From assembly GCA_963422305.1 (NCBI GenBank), contig OY729422.1, positions 4,076,696-4,140,695 on the forward strand: a DNA stretch of 64,000 bases, in the 5' to 3' direction. Below the pieces are notes generated by a model. It saw only the letters and a program-made list of their open reading frames with translations. It did no database searches and was not told where the DNA came from. Positions 9,697 through 18,777 of this stretch are shown here, piece by piece. The translations under genes and the position numbers were made by a program. The first letter of the stretch is position 1, and each line of letters begins with the position of its first letter. Source of the stretch: Bryobacterales bacterium (lineage in GTDB: Bacteria > Acidobacteriota > Terriglobia > Bryobacterales > UBA6623).

Positions 9697-10542
9697 ATGA
9701 ATGACGAACAAGGCGCGCCCGCCATCGAGGCCGTCGGCCTGTGCAAGTTCTACGGAAACTTTGCCGCCATCCGGGATGTTTCTTTCCGCGTTTCGCCCGG
9801 GCAGGTCACCGCATTCCTCGGTCCGAACGGGGCGGGCAAGTCCACGACGCTGAAAATTCTCACCGGTTACCTGACACCGACGGAAGGAACTGCGCGCATC
9901 GCCGGCCTCGATGTCGCCTCTCAGCGCATCGCAGCGGCGGCGCTGCTGGGCTATCTTCCTGAGAATGGCCCGCTCTATCCCGAAATGACGCCGTTGGAGT
10001 TGCTGCGGTTTTTCGGCGAAGCCCGCGGCCTCGATAACGGCAGGCTCTCCTCGCGAATCGACACCGTCGTCGAGCAGTGCAGCCTCGACGCCGTCATCGA
10101 GAAAGCGATCTATAAGTTGTCGAAAGGCTACCGCCAGCGCGTCGGCATGGCGCAGGTGTTGCTTCACGAGCCCGAAATCCTGATTATGGACGAGCCGACG
10201 TCCGGCCTTGACCCCAACCAGATCCGTGGCGTCCGCGATCTCATCTGCGAGTTCGCGAAAGAAAAGACCGTGCTGATTTCGACGCACATTTTGCAAGAAG
10301 TTGAAGCCGTGGCCGATCGCGTCGTGATGATCAACGAGGGCGGCATCGTATTCGACGGCACTCCTGCCGAGATGGCGGCCGGAGAAGACCTCGCGGAGGC
10401 ATTCTACAGGCTCACCGGCGCATCCGAGCGCGCCGCCGAAGCGGAGGCGGAGCAGCCTTCCGCGGAAGAAGAACCCGGGGAGCCGCCGGCCGCAACCAAT
10501 GACGCAAACAATACCCCAAACGAACCGGAGGCGTCCGCATGA
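9697..10542 (+). CDS. ABC transporter ATP-binding protein (ABC-2/GldA-like)
   Basis: Walker A GPNGAGKST, signature LSKGYRQR, Walker B ILIMDEPTSGLD. The start is taken at MNDEQG (9697). Its stop overlaps the next gene's start (ATGA). Confidence 0.9.
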   Translation: MNDEQGAPAIEAVGLCKFYGNFAAIRDVSFRVSPGQVTAFLGPNGAGKSTTLKILTGYLTPTEGTARIAGLDVASQRIAAAALLGYLPENGPLYPEMTPLELLRFFGEARGLDNGRLSSRIDTVVEQCSLDAVIEKAIYKLSKGYRQRVGMAQVLLHEPEILIMDEPTSGLDPNQIRGVRDLICEFAKEKTVLISTHILQEVEAVADRVVMINEGGIVFDGTPAEMAAGEDLAEAFYRLTGASERAAEAEAEQPSAEEEPGEPPAATNDANNTPNEPEASA

Positions 10543-13178
10543 TTGCATCCCGACACCTTCCCCAAGCCGTTTGCCGACGGGAGTTGACTTCGTATTTCAG
10601 CAGCCCGACCGGCTATGTATTCATCACGTTGTTCGTGTTTCTCGGAGCGGTCGCCGCCTTCTGGCAAGAGGCGTTTTTCGCCAACAATCTCGCCAACCTC
10701 GACACACTCAACGCTTGGTTCCCGTACTTGCTGATCCTCCTGATCCCGGCGATCACGATGACATCTTGGGCGGAGGAAAAGATCAACGGCACCGACGAAC
10801 TCCTGCTGACCCTGCCCGCGACCGACATTGAAATCGTGGCCGGCAAATACACGGCGTACGTAGCGATCTACAGCGTGGCGCTTACTTTCTCGTTGAGTCA
10901 CGTGATCGTTCTGCTGATCCTCGGCAGCCCCGACATCGGGATCATATTCGCCACCTATGCGGGTTACTGGCTGATGGGGGCCGCGCTCGTCGCGCTAGGC
11001 ATGGTCGCCTCACTGCTGACGACGAACCTGACCGTTGCATACATCCTCGGCGCGCTGCTGTGCGCCGTGCCCGTTTTTATTGAGCACGCCGGCAATCTGA
11101 TGACCGGCAGTCTCCGCCGCCTGCTCGAAGGCCTTTCATTCGTGGAGCAATTCCACGACTTTTCCGAAGGGGTCCTGCCTGTTGCCGGCATTGTGTATTT
11201 CATCGCCTTCGCCGCCGCGATGCTTTATTTGAACATCACGCTGCTCGGACGCCGCCACTGGGCCACCGGCAAGGACGCCCCTCGCCTCGGGCGCCACTAT
11301 TGGGTGCGCGGCGCCGCGCTCGTAGTCGCGGTCGCGGGCGCGACGATTCTGTTGGGACGCCTCGGCGGCCGCATCGACGCCACCGCCGAACGCCTGCATT
11401 CCCTGGCCCCGAACACCCGCGAGCTGATCGACAATCTCGATGCCGAGAAGCCCATATTCATCCAGGCATACCTCAGTCCCGAGGTTCCGCGGCGGTACCT
11501 GCAGACGCGTAACAACATCGTCTCGATGCTGCGGCAGTTCGATTCCCTCAGCAGCGGCCGCATTCATTCGAACGTCGTCTTGACCGAAAAATTCACCGAT
11601 GAGGCGCGCGAAGCCCGCGACCGCTTCAATATCCGCCCCCAACCCGTGCCGGCTTTATACCAGAGCCCGGGCAGTCCCGACGAAATCTTCATGGGGGTCG
11701 CTTTTACCAGCGGCGTCGACGAGTTCGTTATTCCGTTCTTCGACGTCGGCCTACCGGTCGAGTACGAGTTGATGCGCTCAGTGCGAGTCGTTGCAAATGC
11801 CGAACGCAAGAAAGTCGGCGTTCTCAAGACCGCCGTCAATCTGTTCGGCGGATTCGATTTCCAGGCCCGCCGGCAATCCCGGCAATGGTCGATCGTCTCC
11901 GAACTGCGTAAACAATACGAGGTTACTCAGGTAGCCGCCGGTCAGCCTTATCCTGAGGATATCGACGTGTTGCTGGCGGTGCTGCCGAACACGTTAAACC
12001 CGGACGAAATGCCGGCGCTTATCGAATCGGTCAAGGCCGGGAATCCGACGCTGCTGGTCGTCGATGCGCTGCCTGCGTTTAACATCGAGTATTCGCCGCA
12101 GCAGTCCCCGCCCAGCCCCTTTCAGCAGGGTCAACCGCAGAGGACTCCCGCCGACACCCAGCCCCTAATGGAAGCGCTCGGCGTCGACTGGCAGAGCGAT
12201 CGCATCGTCTGGGACAAGTACAATCCGCACCCGCGCTTCAACAACTTGCCCGAAGAAGTCATTTTCGTCGGAACCGGCAGCGGCGCCGAAGACGCTTTCA
12301 ACAGCGACGAGCCTGCGGCCTCGGAACTGCAGGAAGTCGTTTTTCTATACCCCGGCGGCATCGAGCAGGCCGAAGGGGATGATGTCAAAACTCAATTCTC
12401 GCCTCTGCTCCGCACCGGCTTCGATTCCGGCGCAACGTCGTGGTTCCGGCTGGTGCAGCAGTCGATCTTCGGTACGCAATTGGCAACCAACGTCCCGCAC
12501 GAGGCCGACGATAGCAGCCACGTCCTTGCGGCGCGCATCACCGGTGGAGATGAGTCCCAACCCGTCAACGCAATCGTCATCGCCGACTCCGACATGATGG
12601 GCGAGCAGTTTTTCGAGCTGCGCCGCCAAGGCATCGAGGAGTTGAGCTTCGACAACGTGACGTTCCTGCTCAATGCCGTTGACCAACTCGCCGGAGACGA
12701 CTCTTTCATCGCTTTGCGCAAGCGCCGGCGGCAGCACCGCACGCTGACCACTGTGGAAGCGCGAACCCGCAGTTACGAGGAGAACCGCCTTGAGGAAACC
12801 CGCAAAACCGAAATAGAAGCCGAAGAAAAACTCAAGGCCGCGCAAGAACGCCTCGACGCCGCGGTCAAGAACCTGGAAGACCGCACCGACCTCGACATTC
12901 AGACCAAGCGGATTATGATCGCCAATCAGCAGCGTATCGAGAATCGACGCCTTAGCGTCGCCCGCAGCAACATCGAAGACGAAAAGGAACGCAGGCTCGA
13001 AGCTGCTCGCGCCGACATGGAAGCCGGAATCCGCCAAATCCAGAACACTATCAAGATGCTCGCCGTGGCGCTCTCGCCCGTACCGGCATTCCTGCTGTTC
13101 CTCTTTGTGTCGGCGCGAAGACTCAAACGCGAGCAAATCGGCGTTTCCAAAGACCGCCTTGTCGAGCAAGAGGCATAG
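10539..13178 (+). CDS. Fusion of ABC-2 permease (GldF-like) with GldG-like ABC-transporter auxiliary domain; C-terminal coiled coil + TM anchor
   Basis: 879 aa. The first ~240 aa form 6 TM helices of ABC-2 type. A large soluble GldG/ABC_transp_aux-like region follows (..IFIQAYLSPEVP.., ..VIADSDMMGEQFF..). This is followed by a charged coiled coil and a terminal TM (LAVALSPVPAFLLFLFV). Confidence 0.8.
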   Translation: MIASRHLPQAVCRRELTSYFSSPTGYVFITLFVFLGAVAAFWQEAFFANNLANLDTLNAWFPYLLILLIPAITMTSWAEEKINGTDELLLTLPATDIEIVAGKYTAYVAIYSVALTFSLSHVIVLLILGSPDIGIIFATYAGYWLMGAALVALGMVASLLTTNLTVAYILGALLCAVPVFIEHAGNLMTGSLRRLLEGLSFVEQFHDFSEGVLPVAGIVYFIAFAAAMLYLNITLLGRRHWATGKDAPRLGRHYWVRGAALVVAVAGATILLGRLGGRIDATAERLHSLAPNTRELIDNLDAEKPIFIQAYLSPEVPRRYLQTRNNIVSMLRQFDSLSSGRIHSNVVLTEKFTDEAREARDRFNIRPQPVPALYQSPGSPDEIFMGVAFTSGVDEFVIPFFDVGLPVEYELMRSVRVVANAERKKVGVLKTAVNLFGGFDFQARRQSRQWSIVSELRKQYEVTQVAAGQPYPEDIDVLLAVLPNTLNPDEMPALIESVKAGNPTLLVVDALPAFNIEYSPQQSPPSPFQQGQPQRTPADTQPLMEALGVDWQSDRIVWDKYNPHPRFNNLPEEVIFVGTGSGAEDAFNSDEPAASELQEVVFLYPGGIEQAEGDDVKTQFSPLLRTGFDSGATSWFRLVQQSIFGTQLATNVPHEADDSSHVLAARITGGDESQPVNAIVIADSDMMGEQFFELRRQGIEELSFDNVTFLLNAVDQLAGDDSFIALRKRRRQHRTLTTVEARTRSYEENRLEETRKTEIEAEEKLKAAQERLDAAVKNLEDRTDLDIQTKRIMIANQQRIENRRLSVARSNIEDEKERRLEAARADMEAGIRQIQNTIKMLAVALSPVPAFLLFLFVSARRLKREQIGVSKDRLVEQEA

Positions 13179-13184
13179 ACACAA

Positions 13185-14417
13185 ATGAGCGAACTGACGA
13201 AAACCTTATATTTCGTGCTGGGAGCGGTCGTGCTGTCCGCCGCCGCGGTGATCGTGGACCCCAGCGGCTACAAACCCGACGTCTTCGACGATCAGGGCGA
13301 CGTTTTCTTTGCCGACTTCACCGACCCCCAGGCGCCGAAGACGATCGAGATCATCGACTACAATCAGGCGACGGCAACCGCAACGCCGCTGCAGGTCGAG
13401 TTCACAGACAACAAGTGGGTCATCCCGTCGCACCACAACTACCCCGCCGACGCCGAGCAGCGCCTCGCGCAAACCGCGGCAGCGCTGCTCGAGCTGCGCA
13501 AAGACCGTATCGTCTCCGACCGCATGGAAGATCATGCCGCATACTCGGTGGTCGATCCGCTCGACGAAAACGCGGCATCGCTGGCCGGCCGCGGCAAGCG
13601 CGTGACGCTGCGTGACAGCGAAGGCAAAGTCCTGGCAGACTTCATCGTCGGCGGCAAGGTCGAAGACAAATCCGACTACCGCTACATGCGCGTACCGTCG
13701 CAGAAACGGACCTACGAGGTCAAGACCGAAGCCGATATCTCGGCACGGTTCGAAGACTGGATCGAAACCGATCTTCTCAAAGTCACCACATCCGACCTGC
13801 GCCGCATCGTCATCAACAGATATTCGATCAACGAACAGCTCGGGCGCATCGAAAACCGCCAGACGGTGACGCTCTCCTATGACGACGGCAAATGGAAGGT
13901 GGGCGGCCGCGCCGCGAACGCCGACGTGATGAGCGATCTTACCGCGGCGCTTGACAAGCTGACCATTGTCGACGTACAGCCCAAGCCCGAGGGACTCACC
14001 GCCAGCCTCAAAACCCGCTCCGGCATCAAGCCCACGATGGAAAACTTCCGCTCCCTGCAGAGCAAAGGGTTCTTCCCCAACCCCTATACCGGCCAATTGC
14101 TCTCGAACGAGGGCGAGATCGTCGTCGATTCGAAGAACGGATTGCAATACACGCTGCGCTTCGGTGAAATCGCCTCTGGCGGGAGCGCGCGGGAAGGCTC
14201 GGAAGAGCAAGCCGAAAAAGACGAAGGCGAGCGCCGTTACATACTCATCACCGTCTCTTACAGCGCCGACCGCGCCAAGCGGTACGAGGGCGAAGCCGAA
14301 AAGGGCAACGAACTTAGCGAGGAGTTGCGCAGCCGTTTCGCCGAGTGGTACTACGTCATCTCCGGGGCCGATTTCGCCAAGCTCCGGCCGAGCCGCGCCG
14401 CCCTGCTACGCGGTTAG
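13185..14417 (+). CDS. DUF4340-like protein (N-terminal TM anchor), usual partner of GldG-like proteins
   Basis: 410 aa with an N-terminal TM (LYFVLGAVVLSAAAVIV). It starts 6 nt after the GldG-like gene. The repeated beta-rich segments and its position match DUF4340 as I recall it. Confidence 0.7.
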   Translation: MSELTKTLYFVLGAVVLSAAAVIVDPSGYKPDVFDDQGDVFFADFTDPQAPKTIEIIDYNQATATATPLQVEFTDNKWVIPSHHNYPADAEQRLAQTAAALLELRKDRIVSDRMEDHAAYSVVDPLDENAASLAGRGKRVTLRDSEGKVLADFIVGGKVEDKSDYRYMRVPSQKRTYEVKTEADISARFEDWIETDLLKVTTSDLRRIVINRYSINEQLGRIENRQTVTLSYDDGKWKVGGRAANADVMSDLTAALDKLTIVDVQPKPEGLTASLKTRSGIKPTMENFRSLQSKGFFPNPYTGQLLSNEGEIVVDSKNGLQYTLRFGEIASGGSAREGSEEQAEKDEGERRYILITVSYSADRAKRYEGEAEKGNELSEELRSRFAEWYYVISGADFAKLRPSRAALLRG

Positions 14418-14424
14418 ATCCGCC

Positions 14425-15684
14425 GTGCCGGAAAGTCTCCTCTCCGACATTCGAGTCATTGACTGCGCCGGCTATATCGCCGCGCCCTGCGCCGCAACCG
14501 TTCTGGCGGACTTCGGCGCGGACGTGATCAAAGTCGAGCGCCCCGGGACGGGCGACGCCTTCCGCGCTTTGTCCGCGTTCCCTACGATGCCGCAATCGGA
14601 GCACAATTACTGCTGGATACTCGACAACCGCAACAAGCGCAGCCTGACCCTTGATCTCAAGAGCGAAGCAGGCCAAGCCGTCCTGCACCGGCTGGCGGCG
14701 ACCGCAGATATCTTCATTACCAACTATCAACCCGATCTGATCAAAAAATTCAACATCGGCTATGACATTCTGCGCGGACTCAACCCTCGGCTGATCTACG
14801 GATACGTTTCGGGCTTCGGAGAGGCCGGCCTCGAGGCGGGTGCGCCGGCATTCGATCAAACGGCCTACTGGGCGCGTTCGGGGCTGATGGACATCACGCA
14901 CAACGCCGGCGCCGAGCCGTCCCGCGGGCCGACAGGCATCGGCGACCATCCCACCGGCATGTCTCTCGTCTCCGGCATCATGATGGCTCTGTACGCGCGG
15001 CAGCGGACAGGCAAAGGCGCCCGCGTCACGACATCGCTGATGGCCAACGGCGTGTGGGCGAACAGCTCGTTCATCCAGGCCGAGCACTGCGGTGCAGCCT
15101 ACCCCGAGCGCCGCACGCGCGCCGACTGCAGCAACATTCTCTCCAACCACTACGTCAGCGGCGACGGAAAACGCTTTCTACTCTGTGCGCTCGACACGCC
15201 CAAGCATTGGCCCGCGCTGTGCCGTATCGTAGGCCGTCCCGACCTTCTCGAAAACGCCCGGTATCGAACCATCGCATCCCGTGCTGAAAACGCTCGGCCC
15301 CTGATCGCCGCCCTGGACGAAGGGTTTCGCAAGCTCGATATGGAAGATATCGCGGAAGCCTTCAACCGCAACGATATGCCCTTCAGTCCGGTGTCGCTGC
15401 TGTCGGATATCGTCAACGATCCCCAAATGCAGGCCGAGGGACTTTTCCCCGAAATCGACGGTGACGGACAGCCGCTCAAGACCGTGGCGGCGCCCGTCGT
15501 CGTCGAAGGCATCGAGAAGACGACGCCCCGCCCGGCTCCCGGCGCCGGCGAGCACTCCTGCGAAGTGCTGCGCGAGCTCGGCTACTCCGATGCCGAAATC
15601 GACGGCATGCTCCAAGCAAACGTCACGAGCACGGAGGGCGGCGCAGGCCGCGAACCAAACGCTTTGAGGTCGGAAACGGGGTAA
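14425..15684 (+). CDS. CoA transferase, family III (CaiB/BaiF)
   Basis: GTG start at 14425 gives (M)PESLLSDIRVIDCAGYIAAPCAATVLADFGADVIKVERPGTGD, the hallmark family III N-terminus. The 572-aa ORF in the track is an upstream out-of-context extension over the DUF4340 gene. Confidence 0.85.
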   Translation: MPESLLSDIRVIDCAGYIAAPCAATVLADFGADVIKVERPGTGDAFRALSAFPTMPQSEHNYCWILDNRNKRSLTLDLKSEAGQAVLHRLAATADIFITNYQPDLIKKFNIGYDILRGLNPRLIYGYVSGFGEAGLEAGAPAFDQTAYWARSGLMDITHNAGAEPSRGPTGIGDHPTGMSLVSGIMMALYARQRTGKGARVTTSLMANGVWANSSFIQAEHCGAAYPERRTRADCSNILSNHYVSGDGKRFLLCALDTPKHWPALCRIVGRPDLLENARYRTIASRAENARPLIAALDEGFRKLDMEDIAEAFNRNDMPFSPVSLLSDIVNDPQMQAEGLFPEIDGDGQPLKTVAAPVVVEGIEKTTPRPAPGAGEHSCEVLRELGYSDAEIDGMLQANVTSTEGGAGREPNALRSETG

Positions 15685-15733
15685 GTTGGCAATTGCAGAA
15701 AGAGTTGTCCGGCGACGGAAAGCATATGTACGG

Positions 15734-16684
15734 ATGACCCCCTACGGCGTACCGCAACCGATCCCCTATCAGGGCAGCAAACGCCGGATCGCCCCAACAA
15801 TCCTGCACTATTTTCCGGCTCGGATATCCCGTCTCGTAGAGCCGTTCGCCGGTTCCGCCGCGCTGTCCATTGCGGTTGCCGCGCGTCGCTGCGCCGATCG
15901 TTTCTGGATAAACGACGCGCATTCCCCCCTGATCCAATTGTGGCGGGAGATCATTCACCGATCCGACGGTCTCGCAGACCGATACACACATCTATGGAAC
16001 GACCAATTCGGTCGGGAACGCGAGTATTTCGATGAGGTGCGCAATCGCTTCAACAGCCGGCGCGAACCTGCCGACTTCTTGTACCTGCTTGCACGCTGCG
16101 TTAAGGCTTCGATTCGGTACAACGCGAACGGCGAATTCAATAATACGCCGGACAATCGACGCAAGGGCGCCCGGCCGGCGGAAATGCGCCGGCGAATCGA
16201 CCGTGCCTCCCATCTGTTGCGCAGGCGGACGCGGCTCACGTCTTGGGATTACAGGGATGTTCTCTACGACTGCGCCGAAGACGATCTCGTTTACATGGAC
16301 CCGCCGTACCGGGGCGTCTGTGGAAATCGCGATCGACGTTATCTTCCCAAGGTCGATCACGATGAATTCTGCGGCGAGCTTTCCAATCTCAATGACCGAA
16401 ACATCATGTTCGCCGTGTCTTACGATGGTCGAACAGGCACGAAAACATATGGCGAAAATCTTCCGGATTGCCTGAAGCTGACCCAACTGGAACTACGCGC
16501 CGGCAGATCGACGCAGGCGACGCTTTTGGGGCGGTCGGATGTTACGTATGAATCGCTGTATTTGTCATTGGCTCTTACTTCATCACTCAGCGAGTCGAGC
16601 ACAGTAATGAAGCGCAGCTTTCACTCTGGTAAAGGTCTCGACAGTGGCAAAGAAAGAGCGCATGCAGAGATCGAAGCTGCCTAA
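15734..16684 (+). CDS. N6-adenine DNA methyltransferase, Dam-like (D12 class)
   Basis: PYQGSKRRIAPTILHYFP, motif I VEPFAGSAALS, motif IV VYMDPPY. GC is visibly lower than in the flanks. Confidence 0.85.
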   Translation: MTPYGVPQPIPYQGSKRRIAPTILHYFPARISRLVEPFAGSAALSIAVAARRCADRFWINDAHSPLIQLWREIIHRSDGLADRYTHLWNDQFGREREYFDEVRNRFNSRREPADFLYLLARCVKASIRYNANGEFNNTPDNRRKGARPAEMRRRIDRASHLLRRRTRLTSWDYRDVLYDCAEDDLVYMDPPYRGVCGNRDRRYLPKVDHDEFCGELSNLNDRNIMFAVSYDGRTGTKTYGENLPDCLKLTQLELRAGRSTQATLLGRSDVTYESLYLSLALTSSLSESSTVMKRSFHSGKGLDSGKERAHAEIEAA

Positions 16685-16777
16685 GAAGTTCCTCGATCAA
16701 CTGCAAGCTGTCCCGCAAAACGCGCGAAGACCGTCATCGACCACATTCTGGAGCATGGTTTCATCACAACTGAAGAG

Positions 16778-17383
16778 TTGAGCGAAAGATACGAATACGA
16801 TCACCCGTCGCGAGCTGCGCGCGACATGCGCAAGCAGGGCATTCCGTTGGAAACGTTTCGTGTAACGGTAACGCACGGCCGAAAAATCGGGGCATACAGA
16901 TTCGGTGAACCCGCCAAGGTCAAAGGCGGCAAACTTGGCGGCCGCAAGACATGGCCAAAGAACTTCAAGGAAAACTTGGTTGAACTTTACGATTCGCGTT
17001 GCGGCATTTGTTTCACGGAATATGAACCCCGCTATCTGCAAATCGATCATCGCGTCCCATTCGAGATCGCCGGCGATCCAGCAGAAAATCCAGAAACCAC
17101 TGAATTCATGCTCGTTTGCGGTTCATGCAATCGGGCGAAATCGTGGTCGTGCGAGCACTGCAAGCATTGGACAACAGACCAATTACTCGAAGTCTGTCAA
17201 TCGTGCTACTGGGCCGCGCCTGAGCATTATGCTCATGTCGCCTTGCGACTCATTCGCCGTCTTGATGTCATTTGGTCGGATGACCAGGCGCCTGAATACG
17301 AGCGCCTCGTCAAGTTGTCAAAACATGCTCGGAAAAAGCTTCCCGAGTTTGTCAAAGATGTGCTGCGTTACGCGACCGACTAA
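16778..17383 (+). CDS. HNH-family nuclease, putative restriction endonuclease partner of the methylase (5' end uncertain)
   Basis: CGICFTEYEPRYLQIDHRVPFEIAGDP...LVCGSCNRAKSWSCEHCKHW shows CxxC...DH...CxxC N, i.e. a beta-beta-alpha-Me/HNH motif. The track start is TTG 16778, but the frame stays open and coding-like back to 16685 (see findings). Confidence 0.7.
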   Translation: MSERYEYDHPSRAARDMRKQGIPLETFRVTVTHGRKIGAYRFGEPAKVKGGKLGGRKTWPKNFKENLVELYDSRCGICFTEYEPRYLQIDHRVPFEIAGDPAENPETTEFMLVCGSCNRAKSWSCEHCKHWTTDQLLEVCQSCYWAAPEHYAHVALRLIRRLDVIWSDDQAPEYERLVKLSKHARKKLPEFVKDVLRYATD

Positions 17384-17539
17384 GAAACCGAATGAATGGC
17401 AATACCCAAAGCAATCCAGTGCATTCGACGGCTTCATAACATCTACGCGGTCGGCGAATCGCTAACCGCGGGGAACCCGCAGCGAAGGGGCGTCATTCCT
17501 CGTCGCTCCCAGCAAATGCCCGCCGCGCGGCTTTTCCGG

Positions 17540-17569
17540 TTGCGCCACGGTAAAATGAGCGGTTATGAT
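17540..17569 (+). promoter_or_regulatory. Candidate promoter upstream of purC
   Basis: TTGCGC (17540-17545), an 18-nt spacer, then TATGAT (17564-17569), 19 nt upstream of the purC ATG. This rests on hexamer matching only. Confidence 0.25.
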
Positions 17570-17587
17570 CGCAGTTTGCCCGCAATA

Positions 17588-18478
17588 ATGTCATCTGTTA
17601 TTCTCGAAACTCACATACCCGATCTAGAACTTGTCGCGCGCGGCAAAGTCCGCGACGTTTACGCCGTAGGCAAAGACAAGCTTTTGATGATCGCGACGGA
17701 CCGCTTGTCGGCGTTCGACATCGTGCTGCCCACACCGATCCCGCGCAAGGGCGAAGTGCTGACGAAGCTTTCAGCCTTCTGGTTTGAGATGCTCAAGGAC
17801 ACGATCGGCACGCATTGCATCACGACCGACGTCGATGCATACCCCGAGGAGTTGCACAAATACCGCAGCCAACTCGAGGGCCGGTCGATGCTTGTCCACC
17901 GGCTGGACATGTTTCCGATCGAGTGCGTCGCGCGCGGCTATCTTGTCGGCTCCGGCTGGAAGGACTATCGGAAAACCGGAAAAGTCTGCGGCATCGAGCT
18001 TCCGTCCGGCATGCGTGAATGCGGCAAGTTGCCGGCGGCGATTTACACCCCGGCGACCAAAGCGGTGAGCGGACACGACGAGAACATCGACTTCGAGCAG
18101 TCGTGCGCAATCGTCGGCCGCGAGACCGGCGAGAAGCTGCGAGATCTCACGCTCGACATCTACGACCGCGCCGCTCAGCACGGGCTCGCCTGCGGCCTTG
18201 TAATCGCCGACACCAAATTCGAGTTCGGCAGACTGAACGGTGAAATCGTTCTCGGCGACGAAGTGCTCACTCCGGATTCGTCGCGCTATTGGCCGCTGGA
18301 TATCTACCAGCCCGGCCGTCCGCAGGAATCCTTCGACAAGCAATACATCCGCGAGTACCTCGAATCGATCGATTTCAACAAGCAGCCGCCGGGGCCGGAG
18401 TTGCCTCCCGACGTGGTCGAGAGAACCACCGAGAAATATCTTGAGGCGTACTTCACCGTCACGGGCAAGGAGCTATAG
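17588..18478 (+). CDS. purC: Phosphoribosylaminoimidazole-succinocarboxamide (SAICAR) synthase
   Basis: MSSVILETHIPDLELVARGKVRDVYAVGKDKLLMIATDRLSAFDIVLPTPIPRKGEVL is the classic long-form PurC N-terminus. The start is taken at the internal ATG 17588. Confidence 0.9.
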   Translation: MSSVILETHIPDLELVARGKVRDVYAVGKDKLLMIATDRLSAFDIVLPTPIPRKGEVLTKLSAFWFEMLKDTIGTHCITTDVDAYPEELHKYRSQLEGRSMLVHRLDMFPIECVARGYLVGSGWKDYRKTGKVCGIELPSGMRECGKLPAAIYTPATKAVSGHDENIDFEQSCAIVGRETGEKLRDLTLDIYDRAAQHGLACGLVIADTKFEFGRLNGEIVLGDEVLTPDSSRYWPLDIYQPGRPQESFDKQYIREYLESIDFNKQPPGPELPPDVVERTTEKYLEAYFTVTGKEL

Positions 18479-18777
18479 CGCGAAGCGCCGATTACGCGTT
18501 GCCGGCAATCGATACGAAGCTGGCGCAGCGACCGGGCTCGCCGCCCGGATTGCGCGTGAGCCTGAGCCGAGAGGGTACGGTTTGCCTATCCGCGAGCAGG
18601 CGCAAGAGTCGGCGCGGCTATGGCTTGGTGTGTTTATGCCGGCCGGTCACCAACTTCATATTGAACATGCGCGATTCTGTGGTTTTTAACTTCTGATGCT
18701 CGATCGCCTTCGGAGAGACTCCAAAATACGCCGCTAAGAAAAGTCTGAACAAGGTGGCGGATGATGAGTTGAATCCG

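Noticed and set aside
13966-14424. N-terminal 153 codons of the 572-aa ORF preceding the CoA-transferase domain
   Set aside because: This stretch overlaps the DUF4340 gene in another frame and is Ser/Pro/Arg/Ala-rich. The family III CoA-transferase N-terminus begins exactly at GTG 14425.
18640-18777. In-frame open extension (47 codons) after the M50 protease TGA, suggesting readthrough or a small downstream gene
   Set aside because: There is no start codon, SD or recognisable motif. A short open stretch can arise by chance. I found no supporting signal for stop-codon readthrough.
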